NCBI GenBank assembly: GCA_964620905.1
Contig: CAZUKA010000002.1
Span: 25,496-89,495, forward strand
Direction: 5' to 3'
Source: an uncultured Gammaproteobacteria bacterium
GTDB taxonomy: Bacteria; Patescibacteriota; Patescibacteriia; S139-126
DNA length: 64,000 bases
Both the position numbers and the translations under genes were made by a program. Position 1 is the first letter of the stretch, and each line of letters begins with the position of its first letter. The notes beneath the pieces are model-generated. The model was not told the DNA's origin and searched no databases. It saw only the letters and a list, made by a program, of their open reading frames with translations. Below, piece after piece: positions 48,607 through 57,475 of this stretch.

Positions 48607-48745
48607 CCTAAAAAATATAAATTTTTTATAACTGCTCTCTTATAGAGCGGTTTTTTATTAACTAAGGTGTCTGGATTTTTGAGGAGAAGGTAGTATTTCA
48701 GGTGAAATTTTGATAAAATAAAAGTAATATAATTTACTAAAATAT

Positions 48746-48928
48746 ATGTATAAAATAAACAAACATATGTATAAGGAAATTGATAAGTACAATTATAAAG
48801 GTTGGTTAAACTCTGATAGCTTTATAAAAAGAGTAATCGCCGTCAATGGTTATTTTTTAACAGGGCAATTACTCCTTTTATTTATTGCTAGTATTGTCAC
48901 TTTCATTTTAGTTTCTAATTTTATTTAG
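48746..48928 (+). CDS. small membrane protein (60 aa)
   Basis: Short ORF with a C-terminal TM, located between repeat modules. Confidence 0.3.
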   Translation: MYKINKHMYKEIDKYNYKGWLNSDSFIKRVIAVNGYFLTGQLLLLFIASIVTFILVSNFI

Positions 48929-48963
48929 TTACTAAATTTATTTTATTTTAAGTTGTTAGTTTT

Positions 48964-49100
48964 AAAACCACTCCTCTCGGAGCGGTTTTTTCTATGTCAA
49001 AATATGTAAAATGGGGTCCCACCAGGTGCGATTTTGGAACCCCTTGATTGAGGAGTTGAAGTTGTGGATGGAGGGGTTGGAGATGGTGGTTTAGATTAGA
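48964..49100 (+). repeat. terminator + conserved block module, copy (tRNA-His-proximal repeat family)
   Basis: aaaaccactcctctcggagcggttttttctatgtcaaaatatgtaaaatggggtcccaccaggtgcgattttggaaccccttgattgaggagttgaagttgtgg... Confidence 0.8.
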
Positions 49101-49157
49101 TAGCAAATAAAAAAGGTCTACTAAAATTAGCAGACCTAAATTTTTTAAAAATTTTAA

Positions 49158-49400
49158 CTAATCTGTATCAGCTTTTATGCATCCACCAATAACTATACCG
49201 ATTCCAGCAATTGCCGCTACAATAAAAAGAGGTGATTGATGCCCCTCTAATGGCAAAAATACTTGTACAATTGATGCAAATCCACAAACACTTATTATTG
49301 CCCCAGTAAACCTAGGAAGAATTTTTGCTAATATGATAAGTACCAGACCAATTATTTGTAGACCCGCACAGATGATTGATAAAGTTTCCAAGTTAAACAT
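49158..49400 (-). CDS. small 3-TM membrane protein (80 aa)
   Basis: ORF on the minus strand inside the repeat-delimited array. Confidence 0.4.
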   Translation of the reverse strand: MFNLETLSIICAGLQIIGLVLIILAKILPRFTGAIISVCGFASIVQVFLPLEGHQSPLFIVAAIAGIGIVIGGCIKADTD

Positions 49401-49477
49401 TTTAACCCCACTATTTATTTGTATTGTTAATGTGAATTAATGGAGTATAATAGCATAAGTATATTGAATTGTCAATA

Positions 49478-49630
49478 TAAAACCGCTCCTTTCGGAGCGG
49501 TTTTTTCTATGTAAAAATATGTAAAATGGGGTGGCACCAGGTGCGATTTTGGAATCCCTTGATTGAGGAGTTGAAGTTGTGGGTAAGTGGTATTAGAGAT
49601 TGCTGTTTAGGTAGGATTTTGGTAGAATTA
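49478..49630 (+). repeat. terminator + conserved block + extended -10 (TGGTAGAAT) module, copy
   Basis: Near-identical to the 48964-49100 and 56382-56532 copies. ATG of the downstream gene is 6 nt after TAGAAT. Confidence 0.8.
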
Positions 49631-49634
49631 AAGT

Positions 49635-50003
49635 ATGAATGAATATATAATGCCATCAGAATTTTCTAATTTTTTTAAGCCAACTAAACGTAAAGTACTA
49701 GTATCTTTACTAATACCGTTTATAATATTAGGACTGCCTTTATTATTTTTAGTAATCAGAGCCTTTTTGTGTTTTAACTGGAATGGTTATAATTGTTCAG
49801 GTGCCACAGATGCAATATTTGAGATTCTTTCATATCCTTTCTTATTATTATTTATTGTACCATTAGAAAAACTAGAATTATTTTTTTCACCAAAAACATT
49901 TAGTGGCGAAGTTATATTATTTATAAGTTTAATTATTTTTTATTTATTTTTGAGTTATCTTTTTGTTTCATTTTATTATCATAAAAGGAATAAAAATATT
50001 TAA
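49635..50003 (+). CDS. membrane protein (122 aa)
   Basis: ORF immediately downstream of a module promoter; 3 TM helices. Confidence 0.45.
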   Translation: MNEYIMPSEFSNFFKPTKRKVLVSLLIPFIILGLPLLFLVIRAFLCFNWNGYNCSGATDAIFEILSYPFLLLFIVPLEKLELFFSPKTFSGEVILFISLIIFYLFLSYLFVSFYYHKRNKNI

Positions 50004-50025
50004 ATTTTTATATAATAAATAAAAA

Positions 50026-50170
50026 TTGCCCCCTCTCGGAGCGGTTTTTTCTTATCTAAATCTACTGTCAAATTATGTAAAATGGGGTGCCTTCGTAGAC
50101 GCTATTAGAACTAAGATTATTTATAGTTTTGAGGAAGAGATGGCTCAATAGGTAAGTTTTTGGTAGAATT
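50026..50170 (+). repeat. repeat module, variant copy
   Basis: ccccctctcggagcggttttttcttatctaaatctactgtcaaattatgtaaaatggggtgcc ... tttttggtagaatt. Confidence 0.75.
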
Positions 50171-50175
50171 AGTAT

Positions 50176-50802
50176 ATGATTAGATTTTTCAGTAAAATAT
50201 TTTTACCATTTAAAGTGGCTGGCGGATATGCAATAGTATTAACATTATTTGTTGTTGGAGTTTCAGCATTTGTTTATTCTGGTGGATTTCTAGATTTGCC
50301 CTTAATTTTTATTTTTTTACCACCATTTCCGGCAATAATTACACTTCCAATTACAATTGTAATATGTTGGTTTATTGCATCATTATTAATTAAATTACAA
50401 AGAAAAATATTACCAAATAAAGAACGTTTATTTACCTATTCAATTATCATAATTCTAGTTTTAATTATATTTATATTTTCTGTTCCTGTTTATGCAACAC
50501 GTATAATTAAAATAATTCCAACCTCTCAGATTTGTTGGATTGCGGATAACTGGGATAATTGGGCGCCTAGTAATAAATACGAAGGTACTAAATGTTATAC
50601 TGCGTTAGCAATTAAAAAAAACGATTTAGATCTATGTGGTGATCTTAATTATGAATTCTTGAGAGAGGGATGTTATGTACAGATGGCAATTTTTAATAAT
50701 GATATCACTATTTGTGAAAAGTATATTCATAAAGTTCCTAATTATATATATCCCGATACTAATATTAATGATTGTAAAAAAAGAGTTCAACGAGGAAAAT
50801 AA
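50176..50802 (+). CDS. membrane protein with Cys-rich C-terminal domain (208 aa)
   Basis: Multi-TM N-terminal half; C-terminus with 8 Cys (CWIADNW...CYTALA...CGDLNYEFLREGCYVQ...CEKY...CKK). Confidence 0.45.
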   Translation: MIRFFSKIFLPFKVAGGYAIVLTLFVVGVSAFVYSGGFLDLPLIFIFLPPFPAIITLPITIVICWFIASLLIKLQRKILPNKERLFTYSIIIILVLIIFIFSVPVYATRIIKIIPTSQICWIADNWDNWAPSNKYEGTKCYTALAIKKNDLDLCGDLNYEFLREGCYVQMAIFNNDITICEKYIHKVPNYIYPDTNINDCKKRVQRGK

Positions 50803-50819
50803 TTTTAATTTAATAATTA

Positions 50820-50900
50820 CAAACCGCCCCCTCTCGGAGCGGTTTTTTCTTATCTAAATCTACTGTCAAATTTTGTAAAATGGGGTCGCTTGGGAACTTA
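50820..50900 (+). repeat. repeat module, partial copy (terminator + proximal block)
   Basis: aaaccgccccctctcggagcggttttttcttatctaaatctactgtcaaattttgtaaaatggggtcgc. Confidence 0.75.
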
Positions 50901-51048
50901 AGTTATAACTTTAAAATGATTAGTGATATATCACACCCCTAATGAATTTAAAATGGTTAAAATAAATTTTTGTATAAATACTATGCCAGGCAAGAATATA
51001 AATTACCGATCTAAGATTGTTTGATGCCCCTATATTTTTTATTTGCAA

Positions 51049-54000
51049 TTATTTTTTAAACCAAGGGGAATGGGTATAACCTTCTTTACCCGACCAGAGG
51101 TAGAGAGTGGGAATATCGGAATAAAGTTCTTGATGAATATCGCTTGAATAAGTCCAAAAAATAATATTTTTAAATTCTTTTTTAAGAGCTTCGGATTCAA
51201 TTTTTCTCATCACATAATATCTCTTGGCTTCATTTTTATAATCCTTAAATCCTCTATGTTTGGCTGATTTTTCTAGCTCGGCACTGTTTTTTAAATCTCG
51301 CCACTCTCTTTCTGTTAATAATTTAAGATTATTTTTTATTATAATGTCAGATAATTTTTGTCTTTTCCATAGTTCACTTAAATATTTACTGGTATATCCA
51401 GCTTTTTTAATAAGTTTTTTTATTTCTTTTAGATATTGTTCATAAGTATTTTTATTATACTTATTCAACCTTGCATGTTCGTTAGCTAAAATAAAAATAA
51501 AATTAAGACCCGGCTTATAAATGTTTTTAATTTGATTATTTAACTGTTGAAATTTTTTTAATGCCGCTAAGTCTTTTTCGTCTATTTTTAATTTATCAGA
51601 TGCTCCCCAGAAACCAACTAAATCAATCGGTTTATTTTTTAAAACAAACTGATTGATTGCAAAGGCGATCTCGTCCTCCTTATAGGGGACATCTCTTGAA
51701 ATATTTCTTTGATTGAATAATTTTAAAATTTCATCAGCTATAGATGGTTTAATAAATTGTGGCAAACTCGCCCTCATTAACCAAGGATAGATTTTATACC
51801 ACGCTTGTCTAGCATTTTCTATACCCGCACTATTGATTTTTAATTTTTTATCCCAAAATTTTATTAATTCATTAAACATAACATCATGATTTAGCATAGT
51901 TGGAAATTCATTTGTAAAATATTTCAAAGCCTTAATTTTGTTTTTCTTTATAAAATTTATTGTTTCTTTTAAAGCCGAAACAAAAGATATGATTGCGGGT
52001 TGAAATTTTGGATCAAGATTATCGCAGATTGTAATACCTGTAAATAAATAATCTCTAAAATAATCTTCAAAAGAATAAACAATATGTCCCCCGCGACCAA
52101 CTAAGTCTAATGCATAATCTACAGTCATAATACCAATATCCACCTTTCTTTCTTTTAATGCCTTAACTAAGGCATTAGATTTAATAGGAATAAATTTTTT
52201 ATTGGGTAATATTTTTTTAGCAAGTGTATTGGTTGTTGAAAATTCTTGATAGGTACCAATTTTGTAATTATAAAAATCATCTAATTTTTTAATTTTTATA
52301 TTTGGGTCTAATGTAACTGCGACCACGGGAACACGACCGATTAATTGTCCAACAATTTTTCCTTTGGTTTTAAAATTTGAAGCAAAAGAAAAAACTGGAT
52401 CAGCGATACCTATTTGAGCAGAGCCTGACATTAAGGAATTATAAGTTAAATCATCGCCCCCCGAAGAAATAAAATCTATATCTAGTTTGTGTTTTTTATA
52501 ATAACCTAATTTGGCTGCTAAGTAGGCCGGAAAATAAAGGGGCATTCTTGAAAATTCAGCCACCAACATTCTGTATTCTCCCGGCTTATCATCGATAGTA
52601 CTTAATGTTTCTTTAGTGATTATTCGATGATAATTTTTATGTAGTTTATTAAATTTAAGATTTTTGTACTTGTTGAAATAAACTAATTCTTCTTCGGTTA
52701 AAAAACCATATCTCTGTTTAGTTGGATAATCTAGTTTACCTTTATTTTCTGATAATACTGCCTTGGCCACATCGCCATCTTGTGTTCTAAAATTAAAACC
52801 AACATTCATACCTGCACCATTGGAAAATGGAACTTTGTAACGCCAGGCAATATAATCGGGCAAGAATTCTTCGGCTACCTTTCTTAAAATATATTTAGTA
52901 GTAACTTGATGATTTTCTCTTTTAATTTTTAGACTACCATCAATTTGTAGGGCAAATTCTGCGACTTTGGTATCAAAAAATGGAGCTCGAGTTTCCAATG
53001 TATGTTTCATAGACATTCTATCCACGCGCATATTATGGCTTCGTTCCAAATCATTAGTGATTAGATAGCAACCCTTATTTACATGTTCATCACTTAATCT
53101 TGAAAACTCATTATAGCCCCCAAATAGTTCATCTGCTGCTTCACCAACTAATGCTATACGATAACCAGCTCGAACCACTTCTTTTGAAAGGATGTCTAGC
53201 GCAAAAGATTGTCTTATAACTTGAGCCTCATACATTTCTAGATGATAGATTAAGTTTTCAAATTCTTTTGCATAATCAACATTCGGATAAACAATATGAT
53301 ATTTATAATTATTGTCTTTGCATAACTTTAAAGAAGCTTCATAATCAGAAGAGCCTGGGAAGCCAAGTATAAAGGCAGTTACGTTTTTATGAAATCTTGT
53401 AGCTATCTCCATTATAAGACTACTGTCAACACCACCGCTTAATAAAACTGCGATTGGCAAATCAGTATCAACTCTTTTTTTTACTGCTTCGACCATTAAT
53501 TCAGTTAATTTTGTTTTTGCAAAATCTAAATCTTTAATTTTGTTGTTGTAATTTATTTTGTGATAAGCTTTTATTCTCCCATTATACATATAACATCCTT
53601 TGGGGAAAATTTTTACTTCTTTTATAAAATCGAATTGTACTAGCTGTTTTATTTCCGAACCAAAATAAAAGTTTTTATTTTTATCTCTAGCATAAAATAA
53701 AGGTTTTACACCAAAACGATCTCTAGCTACAAAAAAATTATTTTTCTTAGTATCATAAATTACAAAGGCATACATTTCCGAATCAATTTTTTCGATCATT
53801 TTTTCTCCGTACTCCTCATACAAATGTGCTAATACTTCCGTGTCACAATCCGTTTTGAATTTATGCTTCTTTTTTTCTAATTGAGATCGTAATTCTTTAT
53901 AATTAAATATTTCACCGTTTTGGGCAGCAAAAATAGTACCATCTTCATTAGATAGCGGTTGATGACCAGTATCACGACCAACAATTGGTAAGCGATTGGC

Positions 54001-54132
54001 TCCTAAGGCACCTTTCTCAAAAACTCTTAATTCATAAAAATTAGTACCTCGATGTTTAATCTTACTTAAAGAATCTCTCATGAATAATTCTTTTTTTTGG
54101 TAATTGCCGAAAACAGCTGTAATTCCACACAT
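51049..54132 (-). CDS. asparagine-synthetase (glutamine-hydrolysing) homologue fused to an NMT1/SsuA-like periplasmic-binding-fold domain and a ~280-aa C-terminal domain of unknown function (1027 aa)
   Basis: Ntn amidotransferase MCGITAVFG, PP-loop SGGVDSS, AsnB C-domain. Residues ~520-760 resemble NMT1/THI5/SsuA binding proteins. The C-terminal third has no recognisable family. Confidence 0.75.
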   Translation of the reverse strand: MCGITAVFGNYQKKELFMRDSLSKIKHRGTNFYELRVFEKGALGANRLPIVGRDTGHQPLSNEDGTIFAAQNGEIFNYKELRSQLEKKKHKFKTDCDTEVLAHLYEEYGEKMIEKIDSEMYAFVIYDTKKNNFFVARDRFGVKPLFYARDKNKNFYFGSEIKQLVQFDFIKEVKIFPKGCYMYNGRIKAYHKINYNNKIKDLDFAKTKLTELMVEAVKKRVDTDLPIAVLLSGGVDSSLIMEIATRFHKNVTAFILGFPGSSDYEASLKLCKDNNYKYHIVYPNVDYAKEFENLIYHLEMYEAQVIRQSFALDILSKEVVRAGYRIALVGEAADELFGGYNEFSRLSDEHVNKGCYLITNDLERSHNMRVDRMSMKHTLETRAPFFDTKVAEFALQIDGSLKIKRENHQVTTKYILRKVAEEFLPDYIAWRYKVPFSNGAGMNVGFNFRTQDGDVAKAVLSENKGKLDYPTKQRYGFLTEEELVYFNKYKNLKFNKLHKNYHRIITKETLSTIDDKPGEYRMLVAEFSRMPLYFPAYLAAKLGYYKKHKLDIDFISSGGDDLTYNSLMSGSAQIGIADPVFSFASNFKTKGKIVGQLIGRVPVVAVTLDPNIKIKKLDDFYNYKIGTYQEFSTTNTLAKKILPNKKFIPIKSNALVKALKERKVDIGIMTVDYALDLVGRGGHIVYSFEDYFRDYLFTGITICDNLDPKFQPAIISFVSALKETINFIKKNKIKALKYFTNEFPTMLNHDVMFNELIKFWDKKLKINSAGIENARQAWYKIYPWLMRASLPQFIKPSIADEILKLFNQRNISRDVPYKEDEIAFAINQFVLKNKPIDLVGFWGASDKLKIDEKDLAALKKFQQLNNQIKNIYKPGLNFIFILANEHARLNKYNKNTYEQYLKEIKKLIKKAGYTSKYLSELWKRQKLSDIIIKNNLKLLTEREWRDLKNSAELEKSAKHRGFKDYKNEAKRYYVMRKIESEALKKEFKNIIFWTYSSDIHQELYSDIPTLYLWSGKEGYTHSPWFKK

Positions 54133-54222
54133 AAATTATGATTTTAATAAATAATTTATTTTGTAAAAAATAAAATTTTAAAAGAGTTATATAAATATTT
54201 TTTAATAGTCTAATTATATCAC

Positions 54223-54375
54223 AAAACCGCCCCATCTCGGAGCGGTTTTTTTAATGTTATAAATCGGCCTGAATGGCTGTGCCATCTGAAGCTTTAGCGT
54301 AGGATGGGGTGGCACCAGGTGCTATTTTTGAACCCCTTGATTGAGGAGTTAAAGTTGTGGGTGGAGTCAATGGTA
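54223..54375 (+). repeat. repeat module copy (upstream of the AsnB-fusion start)
   Basis: aaaaccgccccatctcggagcggttttttt ... ggatggggtggcaccaggtgctatttttgaaccccttgattgaggagttaaagttgtgggtggag. Confidence 0.75.
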
Positions 54376-54518
54376 ACGTGTTAATATTGACTTTTTCGTA
54401 AAAATATGCTACAATTCAATATTCTAAATCGTACATACACAATAAAAAATAAGCCATCGAGAGGATGGCGATGTTCAAAAAACATTGACACGAGAAGTGT
54501 CAGAAAGGATTCAACATC

Positions 54519-54920
54519 GTGAAGGCAAAACAAATTATAACAGCTTTACAGTTCGCAGCCAGCGAACTTGTCATCGAACTCTGTTCAGATTTACGCCTCG
54601 TATTCCGAGAGAATGCACCATTACCAAGGCAGGGTTTAAATTTGAAAATATTATACAGAGCAAACGCTAGTGTACTAAAAGATGGATTTCCTGAATTAGG
54701 ACTTACTCACTACTCTAACGCATATCTGTTCCAAGTCGAAATAGAAGTTGTAGGATGGGAAAAGAAAAATAAACTACGTTGTTGGTTTGCTAAAAGCCAA
54801 ACGCAAGAGCATCCAGGCTGGTGGCCTCTTAAAGGGGAATTGAATTATAATCGTACAAAAATTGAATTTCATTGCCGTGCCAAAGAAAATAATGCAATAG
54901 AAATTTTTGAACATCGATAG
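54519..54920 (+). CDS. hypothetical protein (133 aa), locally GC-elevated
   Basis: ORF preceded by the palindrome TGACAC-N5-GTGTCA (54485-54501), which overlaps a TTGACA box. Confidence 0.4.
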   Translation: MKAKQIITALQFAASELVIELCSDLRLVFRENAPLPRQGLNLKILYRANASVLKDGFPELGLTHYSNAYLFQVEIEVVGWEKKNKLRCWFAKSQTQEHPGWWPLKGELNYNRTKIEFHCRAKENNAIEIFEHR

Positions 54921-54952
54921 CCCAAAGAACAAACGTTAATTTCGTTTCCTAT

Positions 54953-54980
54953 AAAACCGCTCCTCATCTGAGCGGTTTTT
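54953..54980 (+). terminator. family terminator hairpin (aaaaccgctcctcatctgagcggttttt)
   Basis: Same hairpin family as the module terminators. Confidence 0.7.
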
Positions 54981-55063
54981 AAATTTATATTTTTTAATTC
55001 AATTGGGGTCAATTCAAAATCACCAAACCTGGCAAACCAAGTTTTTTAGCTTATATAAAACAA

Positions 55064-55196
55064 AAGCACCTCCTCGGTAGAGGAGATGTTCTTATGGGGT
55101 GGCACCAGGTGCGATTTTGGAACTCTTTGATTGAGGAATTGAAAAAGTGGGTGGAGGGGTTAGAGATGGTTGTTTAGGTAGGATTTTGGTAGAATT
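55064..55196 (+). repeat. repeat module conserved block + extended -10, copy
   Basis: ttatggggtggcaccaggtgcgattttggaactctttgattgaggaattgaaaaagtgggtggaggggttagagatggttgtttaggtaggattttggtagaatt. Confidence 0.8.
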
Positions 55197-55212
55197 AAAT
55201 TGAATTTATCAT

Positions 55213-55917
55213 TTGACTATGTCTAAAAGGTATTATCCAAATATTAAGTTTAGTGTTAGTTTAGCGAGAGAAAAAAAGATTTTTTTAGAGAGAAAAAGAA
55301 ATTTGCAAAAGTTTTTGCCCGCAGAAATAAGTTTTGTTACAAATAGAAAATACGCAAGTTATAGAAATGAATTATTATCCTCTTATTTGGATGTTTATTA
55401 TTCAGATAAGAAAAAGTTTTTAATAGAAAGTGTTAGAAATACAAAAAGTAAATGGCAGAAAGTAGAGAAAAAATTTTTTATAAAAGTTGATAAGATTTTT
55501 AATAATTGGCCTTGGCCTAAAGGTAATTATAGGGGGTATGTTTCTATTGCCCATTCTTTTCCTCGCAACATAAAGGATAAGACTTTTTCTTTTCCAGTAA
55601 AAGATTATATACCAGGACGAGAGAACAATGATATACGTGTGATAGCACACGAGATGCTTCATTTTATAGAATATGATTATTTACAGAAAAAATTTGGATT
55701 GAAAGCAAGTGAACACGATTCATTTGATAATACCTTTTGGCAATTTACCGAAAATTTAAATGTATTAATTCAAAATACTAGTTTTTGGAAAGAATTTAGT
55801 ACAGGTGTTAAATCAAAGCCATATGACGATTGTAAAAAAATGTATAATAAGATGAAAAGCATATGGGATAGAGATAAGAGTATTGATAGACTAGTTGATA
55901 AAATTTTTTATAGTTAA
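55213..55917 (+). CDS. hypothetical protein with HExxH zinc-metallopeptidase-like motif (234 aa)
   Basis: VIAHEMLHFIEYDY. No signal peptide. Driven by a module promoter. Confidence 0.45.
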   Translation: MTMSKRYYPNIKFSVSLAREKKIFLERKRNLQKFLPAEISFVTNRKYASYRNELLSSYLDVYYSDKKKFLIESVRNTKSKWQKVEKKFFIKVDKIFNNWPWPKGNYRGYVSIAHSFPRNIKDKTFSFPVKDYIPGRENNDIRVIAHEMLHFIEYDYLQKKFGLKASEHDSFDNTFWQFTENLNVLIQNTSFWKEFSTGVKSKPYDDCKKMYNKMKSIWDRDKSIDRLVDKIFYS

Positions 55918-55926
55918 TCAATTACA

Positions 55927-55955
55927 AAAGTCGCCCCATCTTGGAGCGGTTTTTC
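55927..55955 (+). terminator. family terminator hairpin (tcgccccatcttggagcggttttt)
   Basis: Same hairpin family. Confidence 0.65.
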
Positions 55956-56079
55956 TAACTTGACTATTCTATATAAGGGTTATAGGATAGTATGTTAGTT
56001 CATTAAAAAAATGTAAATAAAACCATCAAAAAATAAATAATTATTATAAACAAATTCAAAGAAAGATTAGGGTATTTAT

Positions 56080-56367
56080 ATGTCAGAACTTCATAATATT
56101 CAAGTCAAAATGGTTAAAGAAAACAAACCAGATTTAACTTTAGATGATTTGGAAATTTTTCACGCAGATTGTGGAGGAGGTAAAATTTCAAATAAAAATC
56201 TTCTAGGTGGTAAAAATTTAAAATGCACGAGATGTCTTGAAGAAGTGTATTTTTCATACAGTGAAATAGGAACAATATATAAAACCGCCCTTACGGGTGA
56301 AAAGCTGGAACTTGTGTGTTACAGAATAAATGGTAATAGATCCCATTTTATAGAAGTTCTTAATTAA
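56080..56367 (+). CDS. small zinc-ribbon protein (95 aa)
   Basis: CGGG...CTRC and a second C pair. Confidence 0.4.
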   Translation: MSELHNIQVKMVKENKPDLTLDDLEIFHADCGGGKISNKNLLGGKNLKCTRCLEEVYFSYSEIGTIYKTALTGEKLELVCYRINGNRSHFIEVLN

Positions 56368-56381
56368 TAAATTGTTTAATT

Positions 56382-56532
56382 AAACCGCCCCATCTCGGAG
56401 CGGTTTTTTCTTTGTCAAAATATGTAAAAATGGGGTGGCACCAGGTGCGATTTTGGAACCCCTTGATTGAGGAGCTAAAGTTGTGGGTGGAGGGGTTAGA
56501 GGTGGTTGTTTAGGTGAGCATTTGGTAGAATA
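56382..56532 (+). repeat. repeat module copy (terminator + conserved block + TGGTAGAAT)
   Basis: ttaaaccgccccatctcggagcggttttttctttgtcaaaatatgtaaaaatggggtggcaccaggtgcgattttggaaccccttgattgaggagctaaagttgtgggtggaggggttagaggtggttgtttaggtgagcatttggtagaat. Confidence 0.8.
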
Positions 56533-56556
56533 TAGGTAATATTAAACATAAATTCT

Positions 56557-57396
56557 ATGAGTAAGTCATTAAAAATTATTGTCCCTGTAATATTGGTATT
56601 AGTAGTAGGTGGTGCTGTGGCAGGATATTTGTATTGGCAAAATATAAACCCTGATGTTATAGAGGAACCACTGCCCCAACAACAAGTTAAAAGTGATGAT
56701 AAACAAGTACAAAATAATGAGACTGACAGTACAACCAATACAAATATAGACCGAATTAATTATTTAAAAGAAAATGTTCCTACTGAGATTTTAAATTATA
56801 ATTCTGATAAAGATAATAATGATTCAGATTTAGATGGTTTACCAGACAATCTCGAAGATATCTTAGGGACCAACCATAATAAATCAGATTCTGATGATGA
56901 TGGTTTTAATGATATAGATGAATTAAAAGCCGGCTATAATCCGCTTGGTAATGGAACGATTTTTGATTCAACAGATGATAAAATTAAGAGTAATGGATTG
57001 TGGTATTTTATTAGATATCAGCAATCAAATGATGCACAGCGTTTTAGTAATATTAGTACAATACGTACAGCTCTAGATTTATATTATAAAGATTATGGTG
57101 TTTACCCATCTGCAGAAGGTGAAATTATTCTTGGAAAAGATGTAAAAAGTTTAACAAAGTCAGGTTGGGGTAATGAGGTAGGTAGCGGAATGAATTATAT
57201 GAACTTAGTGTATGATAATACTTCTCCTGGTGGTATTCCTTTTACATATTGCACCACTGATAATAATGATATAGAGAAGTGTTCTAAATCCATTTCTTCT
57301 TATATAATAAAATTTAAACTTGAGATTGGAGTTCAAACAGATTTTGGAGTTTTAGGTCCAGGATTGCACATCGCTACACCAAATGGTTTTCAATAA
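56557..57396 (+). CDS. membrane-anchored protein with thrombospondin-3-like Ca-binding segment and C-terminal pseudopilin/type-IV-pilin-like globular domain
   Basis: N-terminus MSKSLKIIVPVILVLVVGGAVAGYLYWQ (family signal-anchor). DSDLDGLPDNLEDILGTNHNKSDSDDDGFNDIDELKAGYNPL. The segment QRFSNISTIRTALDLYYKDYGVYPS matches the GspG/pilin alpha-beta loop motif. No canonical G-FTLIE prepilin N-terminus. Confidence 0.5.
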   Translation: MSKSLKIIVPVILVLVVGGAVAGYLYWQNINPDVIEEPLPQQQVKSDDKQVQNNETDSTTNTNIDRINYLKENVPTEILNYNSDKDNNDSDLDGLPDNLEDILGTNHNKSDSDDDGFNDIDELKAGYNPLGNGTIFDSTDDKIKSNGLWYFIRYQQSNDAQRFSNISTIRTALDLYYKDYGVYPSAEGEIILGKDVKSLTKSGWGNEVGSGMNYMNLVYDNTSPGGIPFTYCTTDNNDIEKCSKSISSYIIKFKLEIGVQTDFGVLGPGLHIATPNGFQ

Positions 57397-57426
57397 ATAT
57401 ATTTTAATAGTGTTTATTCTATTTAC

Positions 57427-57475
57427 AAAACCGCCCCCTCTCGGAGCGGTTTTTTCTATGTCAAAATATGTAAAA
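57427..57475 (+). repeat. terminal repeat-module copy (terminator + proximal block) abutting the tRNA-His 3' end
   Basis: ccgccccctctcggagcggttttttctatgtcaaaatatgtaaaa, followed directly by tggggtggc, which is the 3' end of tRNA-His. Confidence 0.8.

Noticed and set aside
49011-49045. tRNA-like fragment inside the repeat modules (tggggtggcaccaggtgcgattttggaaccc)
   Set aside because: Only the terminal 9 nt match tRNA-His. The remainder cannot be folded into T-arm/acceptor geometry, so it is not a tRNA or pseudo-tRNA.
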